DNA of 24,000 nucleotides, from assembly GCF_900129915.1 (NCBI RefSeq), contig NZ_FQXH01000022.1:1-24000 (forward strand), given 5' to 3'. This document shows, one piece after another, positions 16,893 through 23,569 of this stretch. Origin of the DNA: Tepidibacter thalassicus DSM 15285. GTDB lineage: Bacteria > Bacillota > Clostridia > Peptostreptococcales > Peptostreptococcaceae. The translations under genes and the position numbers were made by a program. The notes beneath the pieces were generated by a model. It was not told the origin of the DNA and ran no database searches. It saw nothing but the letters and a program-made list of their open reading frames with translations. The number at the start of each line of letters is the position of its first letter. Within the stretch, counting starts at the first letter, position 1.

Positions 16893-17859
16893 AAACTGTA
16901 ATTTATATTGCAAGCATTGCTATAGAGATGCAGGTCCTAATGAAAAGCAAAAGGATGAATTAGATACTAAGGAAAGTAAGGAATTGATTAAAGGAATAGC
17001 TAAAGCAGGATTTAAAATATTAATTTTTAGTGGAGGAGAGCCACTTCTTAGAGAAGATTTGTTTGAGTTGACAGAATACGCTCACTCATTAGGTCTTATA
17101 GTTGGACTTGGAACTAATGGAACTTTGATTACAAAAGAAATTGCGAAAAAATTAAAGGAAAGTAAAGTTCGTGCAGTAGCAATAAGCTTAGATAGTTTAG
17201 ATGAAAATAAACATGATGAATTTAGACAAGTTAAAGGTAGCTTTAAGGATTGTATAAGAGGAATTAAAGAAAGTATAAATGCAGGACTTAAAGTTCAAAT
17301 AAATACTACTGTAACTAAATCTAATTATGAAGAGATAACTAAAATTACTGATTATATTTCATCTCTTGGTGGACATTCTCATCATCCATTTTTTCTTGTA
17401 GAAGTAGGACGCGGGAAAAATATAGGGAAAGAAGGTTTAAATAAAAAAGAATATAAAGAAATTATAAATAGAATACTTGATAAGCAGAAAAATACTCATA
17501 TAGAATTAAAGCCAACTTGTGCTCCACAGTTTATGGTAGAGGCTAAAGAAAAAGGGATGGATATGAGGTTTAGCAGAGGATGTATTGCTGGAATTAAATA
17601 CTGCTGTATACTACCTAATGGAGATGTTCATATTTGTCCATATCTGCCTATAAAGGTTGGAAGTGTTAGAGAAAAGCCTTTTGATGTTATATGGGAACAA
17701 AGTGAAATTTTTAATAAGCTTAGAGATTATAAAAATTATAAAGGTAATTGTGGATCTTGTAAAAATATAAATATTTGTGGAGGGTGTAGAGCTAGAGCTT
17801 TTAGTAAAACTGGAGATTATCTTCAAGAGGATACTTTTTGCTTAAAGGGGGACGATTAA
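16867..17859 (+). CDS. ahbD: Radical-SAM/SPASM-like enzyme, NirJ2/AhbD-like (haem synthase candidate)
   Basis: CNLYCKHC motif and GGEPL. Full auxiliary-cluster region GCIAGIKYCCILPNGDVHICPYL plus CGSCKNINICGGCRARAF...C. GGGGTGA SD. 26-nt overlap with the upstream gene. Confidence 0.65.
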   Translation: MIISWNMTKNCNLYCKHCYRDAGPNEKQKDELDTKESKELIKGIAKAGFKILIFSGGEPLLREDLFELTEYAHSLGLIVGLGTNGTLITKEIAKKLKESKVRAVAISLDSLDENKHDEFRQVKGSFKDCIRGIKESINAGLKVQINTTVTKSNYEEITKITDYISSLGGHSHHPFFLVEVGRGKNIGKEGLNKKEYKEIINRILDKQKNTHIELKPTCAPQFMVEAKEKGMDMRFSRGCIAGIKYCCILPNGDVHICPYLPIKVGSVREKPFDVIWEQSEIFNKLRDYKNYKGNCGSCKNINICGGCRARAFSKTGDYLQEDTFCLKGDD

Positions 17860-17860
17860 A

Positions 17861-18316
17861 ATGGATTGTATAGATTGTAAAATTTTAAATGAAGTTCAAA
17901 ATGGAATATCTATTCAAAAAAGACCTTTTAAAAAAATAGCAGATAATTTAGGTATAAGTGAAGATGAGGTTGTAAATAGAATTAATAACTTAAAGGAAAA
18001 AGGATATATAAGGAGGTTTGGAGGAATATTTGACAGCCAAAATTTAGGAGTTGCAAGTACGCTTGTTGCTATGAAGATTGAAAAAGATATAGATTATGTA
18101 GCAAATATTGTGAGTGAATATAGTGGAGTAACTCATAATTATCAAAGAGAGGATGAGTACAATCTTTGGTTTACATTAATGGCTTCATCTAATGGAGAGC
18201 TTGAGAATATATTGAAAGAAATAAAAGAGAGAACAGGAGTACAGGATATTTTAAATCTTCCTTCAGTTAATAAGCATAAGGTTCATGTACATCTTAATTT
18301 TGACAATAAAGGGTGA
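17861..18316 (+). CDS. ahbA: Siroheme decarboxylase subunit (NirD/L/G/H-AhbA/B family, AsnC fold)
   Basis: N-terminal wHTH (RPFKKIADNLGISEDEVVNRINNLKEKGYIRRFG) followed by VTHNYQREDEYNLWFTL, which matches the NirDL/Ahb signature. The A versus B label follows gene order only. Confidence 0.7.
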   Translation: MDCIDCKILNEVQNGISIQKRPFKKIADNLGISEDEVVNRINNLKEKGYIRRFGGIFDSQNLGVASTLVAMKIEKDIDYVANIVSEYSGVTHNYQREDEYNLWFTLMASSNGELENILKEIKERTGVQDILNLPSVNKHKVHVHLNFDNKG

Positions 18317-18325
18317 TTTTATTTG

Positions 18326-18802
18326 ATGGATAATATAGATAAAGATATTATAGTTTATTTATCTCAAGATATAGAAGTAACTAAGGATATTTATGAGGAT
18401 TTGAGTAAAAAATTTAATATATCTGAAGAAGATCTTATTAAAAGGTTAAAAAGATTAAATGAAAGTGGTTATTTAAAACGTATTGCTCCCGTTATGATTC
18501 ATCAAAAAAGTGGTTATAACAGTAACGCCATGGCAGTTTGGAATATACCAAAAGATAATTTAAAAAAATTTATAGACATAATTAAGGGTATTAATAATAT
18601 AAGTCATATTTATGAAAGAAGAACAGATGAGAAATGGCCTTATAATTTATATACAATGATTCATGGAAGAAATAAAAAAGAAGTAGAGAATATAATAAAT
18701 TATTTATTGCAAAAAATAGAAGTTAAAGATTTTAAGGTGTTATATACAATTAAGGAATGGAAAAAAACGAGTCCGAATTTATCAAAACTAATAAAAAAAT
18801 AG
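18326..18802 (+). CDS. ahbB: Siroheme decarboxylase subunit (second AhbA/B-family paralogue)
   Basis: ISHIYERRTDEKWPYNLYTMIHGRNKKE...FKVLYTIKEWKK matches the second Ahb/NirH-type subunit pattern. ATG at 18326; the TTG at 18323 is an alternative start. Confidence 0.7.
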   Translation: MDNIDKDIIVYLSQDIEVTKDIYEDLSKKFNISEEDLIKRLKRLNESGYLKRIAPVMIHQKSGYNSNAMAVWNIPKDNLKKFIDIIKGINNISHIYERRTDEKWPYNLYTMIHGRNKKEVENIINYLLQKIEVKDFKVLYTIKEWKKTSPNLSKLIKK

Positions 18803-18967
18803 TTATTTCTCGGGAAATATATTAGAATACATGGAAATTATATTTTGTATTTAATATTTTGCTGATTATTGAAAAATGAATTTGACATAATTAAGACAAA
18901 AAAATACTTTATTTTTACCAATTAATAGTATAAAATGGATATGTAACCAATAAAAAGTGAATATAAA

Positions 18968-19215
18968 TTATAGGTTCTTTATGATTAAAAGGGAAGAACG
19001 GTGAAAATCCGTCACAGCCCCCGCTACTGTGATCATCAACGAAACCTCAATTGTCCACTAGTTAAAAACTGGGAAGGTGAGGGAGTAGATAGGATGTAAG
19101 TCAGGAGACCTGCCTATAATTTTTCAATTGCTATTTCGGAGGGAAATATGCATGGATATAGGTAATTACTACCTATTCATAATGCAATTAAGACTCCGTT
19201 AGGAGTCTTTTTTTT
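18968..19215 (+). promoter_or_regulatory. Cobalamin (B12) riboswitch with intrinsic terminator expression platform
   Basis: Aptamer ~18968-19120 with GGGAAGAACGGTGAAAATCCGTCACAGCCCCCGCTACTGT, CCACT...GGGAAGG and the B12 box AAGTCAGGAGACCTGCC. P1 is TATAGG/CCTATA. The terminator is AAGACTCC-gtta-GGAGTCTT plus T-run (19190-19215). Confidence 0.93.
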
Positions 19216-19233
19216 AGAAAAAAGAGGGGTGTT

Positions 19234-20298
19234 ATGGAAAATAGAGTTGACGTAATTAGTAATTTTAACGATAAAAAAAAGAAATTGATTGTAGTGGGTA
19301 GTGTTTTGTTTACATTTATAGTATTTTTGCTTGTATTGTCGGTTAATTTAGGAAGAGCTGATATTAGTATAAGTGAAGTAATAAAAATAATTTATGGAAA
19401 AATTACGTTTGATGAAAAAATTTTAGGTGATATAAGTAAATCGAAAATTGCTATAGTTTGGAATATAAGGCTTCCAAGAATTTTAATAGCGATATTTGTT
19501 GGATGGGGTCTTGCGGTTTCTGGAACTGTTTTTCAATCTTTATTAATGAATCCATTGGCAGATCCTTATACAATAGGGGTTTCAACAGGGGCAGCATTTG
19601 GAGCAGTTATTGCTATATATATAAATATATTTATATTAGAAAACCCTATACCCATAACTCCTTTTGCATTTTTAGGAGCAATATTTACACTTTTTCTTGT
19701 AATAAAAATTGCAAATAAGAATGGATATATGAGTTCATCAAATTTAATAATTTCAGGAATTATTGTAAGCTCTATATTATCTGCTGGTATAAGTTTTTTA
19801 AAAAGTGCATCTGGGGAGCAGGTTTCAGCTATAATATATTGGCTTATGGGAAGTTTAGATTCGAGATCTTGGAATCAGGTGATTTTGAGTTTTCCTGTGA
19901 TTATGATTTTGACATTTGTATGTATATATTTTTCAGAGGATTTAAATATACTTGCTTTAGGAGAATGCCAAGCTAGATCTCTTGGAGTAAATACAAAAAA
20001 AATTAGAAGTATATTTTTGATAAGTGCATCATTGATTACTGCAGTTTGTGTTTCTGTAAGTGGAATAATAGGATTTATAGGTCTTATAGTTCCCCACATG
20101 TTGAGATTTTCTTTAACATCAGATAATAAATCGCTTATTCCATTATCAGCACTTTTGGGTTCACTTTTACTTTTATTTGCTGATAATATATCAAGGGTTT
20201 TGTTTAATGTTGAAATTCCCGTGGGAGTTATAACAACGTTGTTTGGAGGACCTTTTTTTATATATATATTTATTAGCAAGAATAAAAGTATACAATGA
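19234..20298 (+). CDS. FecCD-family ABC permease (BtuC-like corrinoid/iron-chelate importer)
   Basis: ~10 TM segments. FecCD motifs (WNIRLPRIL, DPYTIGVSTGAAFGA, GIIGFIGLIVPHMLR). First gene behind the B12 riboswitch. Confidence 0.88.
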   Translation: MENRVDVISNFNDKKKKLIVVGSVLFTFIVFLLVLSVNLGRADISISEVIKIIYGKITFDEKILGDISKSKIAIVWNIRLPRILIAIFVGWGLAVSGTVFQSLLMNPLADPYTIGVSTGAAFGAVIAIYINIFILENPIPITPFAFLGAIFTLFLVIKIANKNGYMSSSNLIISGIIVSSILSAGISFLKSASGEQVSAIIYWLMGSLDSRSWNQVILSFPVIMILTFVCIYFSEDLNILALGECQARSLGVNTKKIRSIFLISASLITAVCVSVSGIIGFIGLIVPHMLRFSLTSDNKSLIPLSALLGSLLLLFADNISRVLFNVEIPVGVITTLFGGPFFIYIFISKNKSIQ

Positions 20299-20315
20299 TT
20301 TTAGAAGGTGGTTAG

Positions 20316-21071
20316 ATGCTTAAGGTCCAAAATGTTAGTTTTAGTTATAAAGATAAAGTTGTTCTTGATGATATAAGTTTTTCAATGGGGAAGGGAAAAT
20401 TTTTATCTATAATAGGACCAAATGGTTCAGGAAAAACTACTCTTTTGAATTTATTGACTGGATATTTAGAAAAGAAAACTGGAAGTATAAAATTTTTGGG
20501 TAAAGAAATAAAAAATTATTCAGTTGAAGAACTTTCAAGAAATTTTGCAATAATAAATCAAAATACAAATATAAGGTTTCCCTTTACATGTCTTGAAATA
20601 GTGATGATGGGAAGAAATCCATTTAGAGAAAGAATGAAAAAGTTAAGTGAAAATGATATGGAGATAGTTTATAAATCTATGGAAATTACTGATACTTTAA
20701 AATTTTCAGATTCACTTATAACTCAAATAAGTGGAGGAGAATTTCAAAGGGTTATGCTTGCTAGAGCTTTAAGTCAAAAACCAAGTATTTTATTTTTAGA
20801 CGAGGCTTTTTCTGCCATGGATATTTCGCAGAGAATTAAATCTTTAAAGTTAATTAAGGGTTTAGTAATAAAAGAGGGTTTAACTGTTGTATCAATAATA
20901 CATGATTTAAATCTTGCTTATATGTTTAGCGATGAAGTTTGTGTTTTAAAAGAAGGAAAGATGGTAGCGTTTGGAAAGTGCAGTGATATAATGACTGCAG
21001 ATTTTATCAACGAAGTATTTGATATAAATGTAGATAGAATTGATAATAGAGGATTTTTAATAATGCTTTAA
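20316..21071 (+). CDS. ABC ATPase (BtuD/FepC/HmuV-like)
   Basis: Walker A GPNGSGKTT, signature ISGGEFQRV, Walker B ILFLDEAFS, H-loop IIHD. Confidence 0.9.
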   Translation: MLKVQNVSFSYKDKVVLDDISFSMGKGKFLSIIGPNGSGKTTLLNLLTGYLEKKTGSIKFLGKEIKNYSVEELSRNFAIINQNTNIRFPFTCLEIVMMGRNPFRERMKKLSENDMEIVYKSMEITDTLKFSDSLITQISGGEFQRVMLARALSQKPSILFLDEAFSAMDISQRIKSLKLIKGLVIKEGLTVVSIIHDLNLAYMFSDEVCVLKEGKMVAFGKCSDIMTADFINEVFDINVDRIDNRGFLIML

Positions 21072-21133
21072 AACTCTTTGAAGAGTTTGTTATATAAATT
21101 TTATTAAAATATAAACAAGGGAGGAGATTTACT

Positions 21134-22039
21134 ATGAAAATTAAAAAAAGCTTAACTTTATTGTTGAGTTTGTTGTTGTTAGGGGGGATTTTAGCAGGAT
21201 GTTCTAGTGCTGGAGCTGCTGAAGAAGAGGTTAAAAAGGATCCAAATAAAAAAGCTGTTCTCGTAGTAAGTTTTGGTACGAGCTATGCAGATACTCGTAA
21301 AGTTACAATTGAGGCTTGTGAAAGCAAAATAGACAAAGCTTTTCCTGATTATGAGATGAGAAGAGCTTTTACTTCAGATATTATAATCAAAAAACTTAAA
21401 GAAAGAGATAAAATAAAAGTTGATACTCCAAAAGAAGCTTTAACTAAATTAAAAAAAGAAGGTTTTTCAGAAGTTATAGTTCAACCTCTTCATGTTATTA
21501 ATGGAGCAGAATATGATGATTTAATTGCAGAAGTTAATAATTTTAAAAATGATTTTGATAAATTAGTTGTTGGAAATCCATTGCTTACAAGTATTGAAGA
21601 TTATAAAAATTTAGTTGAGGCTTTAAAAACTCAAATGCCAGAGCTTAAGGATAATGAAGCTGTTGTATTTATGGGTCATGGAACTCATCATTATTCAAAT
21701 TCTGCTTATGCATGTCTTGATTATATGTTTGAAGATATGGGAATAAGAGCTTATGTAGGTACAGTTGAGGGATATCCAACACTTGACAATGTAATTAAAA
21801 AATTAAAGAGAGATAATGTAGAAAAAGTAATATTGATGCCATTAATGCTTGTTGCAGGAGACCATGCTAATAATGATATGGCAGGAGATGAAGAGGATTC
21901 TTGGAAAAGCGTACTTAAAAAAGAAGGATTTGTGGTTGAAGCTTATTTACATGGTTTAGGTGAGAATGAAAAAGTACAAGATATGTATGTTCAGCATGCA
22001 AAAGAAGCAGTAAATTCTCAAGAGAAAACTGAAAAATAA
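21134..22039 (+). CDS. cbiK: CbiK-family class II chelatase homologue carrying a lipoprotein signal peptide (extracytoplasmic)
   Basis: From residue ~40 it looks collinear with Salmonella CbiK as I remember it (VLVVSFGTSYADT, RAFTS, MGHGTHH, LMPLMLVAGDHANNDMAG, DSWK, GLGEN). The N-terminus MKIKKSLTLLLSLLLLGGILAG|CSS is a canonical lipobox signal. Confidence 0.85.
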   Translation: MKIKKSLTLLLSLLLLGGILAGCSSAGAAEEEVKKDPNKKAVLVVSFGTSYADTRKVTIEACESKIDKAFPDYEMRRAFTSDIIIKKLKERDKIKVDTPKEALTKLKKEGFSEVIVQPLHVINGAEYDDLIAEVNNFKNDFDKLVVGNPLLTSIEDYKNLVEALKTQMPELKDNEAVVFMGHGTHHYSNSAYACLDYMFEDMGIRAYVGTVEGYPTLDNVIKKLKRDNVEKVILMPLMLVAGDHANNDMAGDEEDSWKSVLKKEGFVVEAYLHGLGENEKVQDMYVQHAKEAVNSQEKTEK

Positions 22040-22050
22040 TAAATATTAAT

Positions 22051-22088
22051 ACAAATAATCATCAGTTATTTCGCTGATGATTATTTGT
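22051..22088 (+). other. Perfect 15-bp stem / 8-nt loop hairpin between the cbiK-like and btuF-like genes
   Basis: ACAAATAATCATCAG (22051-22065) pairs with CTGATGATTATTTGT (22074-22088). No T-run follows, and the SD GGAGG lies 6 nt downstream. Confidence 0.7.
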
Positions 22089-22105
22089 ATGTTGGAGGAA
22101 TGAAT

Positions 22106-23557
22106 ATGAAAAAAATGGAAAATAAATTAGTTCTATTGTTTACTATATTAATTTCCTTAGTAGTATTTACAGGATGTAGTAGTGTATCTGATAGTGAGAA
22201 AGCTGGTAATAAAGAGTATTCTATAAATTTTGTAGATGATTCAGGAAATGAAATAAATATGAACGAGCCTGCAAAAAAGATAATATCTCTTTATTCTGCT
22301 CATACAGAAAATTTATTTGCACTTGGGCTTGATGATGAAATAATAGGTGTTGGAACCAGTGATATATATCCAGCTAAAGCACTAGAAAAAGAAAAGTATG
22401 ATTATAGATCAGATCCTGAAAAAGTTATAGCAGCAGAACCTGATTTAGTTTTAATTAGACCTTTTATAAAAAGGTCAAAACCAGAGTTTGTAGATGCTCT
22501 TGAAAAGGCTGGTTTAAATGTAGTTTCACTATATCCTGAAAGCTTTGATAAATTTGATGATTACATAAAAAAATTAGGTATGCTTACTGGGAAAACAGAT
22601 AGAGCTGAGCAATTGCTAGAGGATTTTTATAAACAAATTGAAGAAATAAAAAGTATAACAAAAGATATAAGTCCAAAAGTTAATGTTTATTTTGAATCAT
22701 CTGAAAATGGATATAAGACTGTAACAGTTGATTCTATGCCTGCTAAAGCAATAGAAATAGCAGGAGGATTAAATATAGCAACAGATGCAAAACCTAAAAA
22801 AGAAGGAAGTTCAATAGCTGTTTATGGAGCAGAAAGAATACTTGAAAAAGCTGATAAAATTGATGTGTTTGTTTCTCAAAATGGAGTTATGAATGCAGGA
22901 GGTAATAAGCATTCAATAGTTATAAGACCGGGATTTGATTCTATTAAAGCAATTAAGAATAATAGAGTTTATATTATAAATCAAAAAATCATATCAAGTC
23001 CTACATTTAGATACTTAGAGGGGGTAAAAGAGCTTTGTAGAATGTTTTATCCTGAGGTGTTTGATGATATATCAAAATTTAGTTTGGATGAAGAAATTAC
23101 AAGAGATAAGATGGCAGAGATTATAGTTAGATTTAAAAACAAGGGTATATTTGTTCCTACTTCAAAATACTATAGAAAAGAGCATAAGGGACATACTTAT
23201 GGATTGTTTAAAGATGTAGATATAGACAATGAATATTTTAATTTTATAGAAACAGCAGTGACTTCTGGTTATATGAAAGGATTTAAGGAAAATGATGAAG
23301 AATATTTTTATCCTAAAAATAAAATTTCACGAGAAGAGTTTGCGAGTATATTATTTATGATAGGAGATTTAGAAAAGAAAGAGAATAACAATGTGCATAT
23401 TAAAGATTTAGATAAAGTAAAAAATGCAAAAATAGTTCAAATTGTTGTAGACAATAAATTGATGGAACTTGAGAATGGGAATTTTAATCCAGAGAGAAAT
23501 GTTACAGGGAAAGAAGTAGTTAAATCTCTCGAAAAATTGAGAGAAAAAACAAAATAA
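22106..23557 (+). CDS. BtuF-like (class III / PF01497-type) substrate-binding lipoprotein with SLH-like C-terminal repeats
   Basis: ATG at 22106, 7 nt after GGAGG. Lipobox FTG|CSS. N-terminal ~300 aa are periplasmic-binding-protein-like (KKIISLYSAHTENLFALGLDDEIIGV, AAEPDLVLI). The C-terminal ~160 aa contain FKDVDIDNEYFNFIETAVTSGYMKGF...FYPKNKISREEFASILF (SLH-like) flanked by two degenerate copies. The ORF-track TTG start at 22085 lies inside the hairpin. Confidence 0.8.
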   Translation: MKKMENKLVLLFTILISLVVFTGCSSVSDSEKAGNKEYSINFVDDSGNEINMNEPAKKIISLYSAHTENLFALGLDDEIIGVGTSDIYPAKALEKEKYDYRSDPEKVIAAEPDLVLIRPFIKRSKPEFVDALEKAGLNVVSLYPESFDKFDDYIKKLGMLTGKTDRAEQLLEDFYKQIEEIKSITKDISPKVNVYFESSENGYKTVTVDSMPAKAIEIAGGLNIATDAKPKKEGSSIAVYGAERILEKADKIDVFVSQNGVMNAGGNKHSIVIRPGFDSIKAIKNNRVYIINQKIISSPTFRYLEGVKELCRMFYPEVFDDISKFSLDEEITRDKMAEIIVRFKNKGIFVPTSKYYRKEHKGHTYGLFKDVDIDNEYFNFIETAVTSGYMKGFKENDEEYFYPKNKISREEFASILFMIGDLEKKENNNVHIKDLDKVKNAKIVQIVVDNKLMELENGNFNPERNVTGKEVVKSLEKLREKTK

Positions 23558-23569
23558 ATGGGTGAAAAA

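Noticed and set aside
17611-17826. 71-aa minus-strand ORF inside the second radical-SAM gene
   Set aside because: Antisense to the conserved SPASM-like Cys region, with a junk-like composition.
15696-17859. Two adjacent radical-SAM/SPASM-type genes as a RiPP (sactipeptide/ranthipeptide-like) maturase pair
   Set aside because: I saw no small precursor ORF, peptidase or exporter adjacent. The genes immediately downstream carry siroheme decarboxylase signatures, which makes the AhbC/AhbD (NirJ-type) interpretation much better supported.
17861-18802. Two Lrp/AsnC-family transcription regulators
   Set aside because: The fold is AsnC-like, but the VTHNYQRE..NLWFTL and ISHIYERR..WPYNLYTMIHGR segments match the NirDLGH/AhbAB enzyme subfamily, and the genes are coupled to nirJ-type radical-SAM genes.
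19458-20279. ORFs 19458-19718 (+, alternative frame) and 19875-20279 (-) within the FecCD permease gene
   Set aside because: The permease frame carries the recognisable FecCD motifs and TM pattern. The overlapping frames have no SD or family resemblance.
22085-22105. TTG-initiated N-terminal extension of the btuF-like ORF (MYVGGMN...), and likewise the 1915-1944 extension of the first permease
   Set aside because: The extension at 22085 begins inside the 15-bp hairpin and precedes the real GGAGG SD. The ATG at 22106 gives a canonical lipoprotein signal. At 1945 the ATG overlaps the upstream stop in a TAATG coupling motif.
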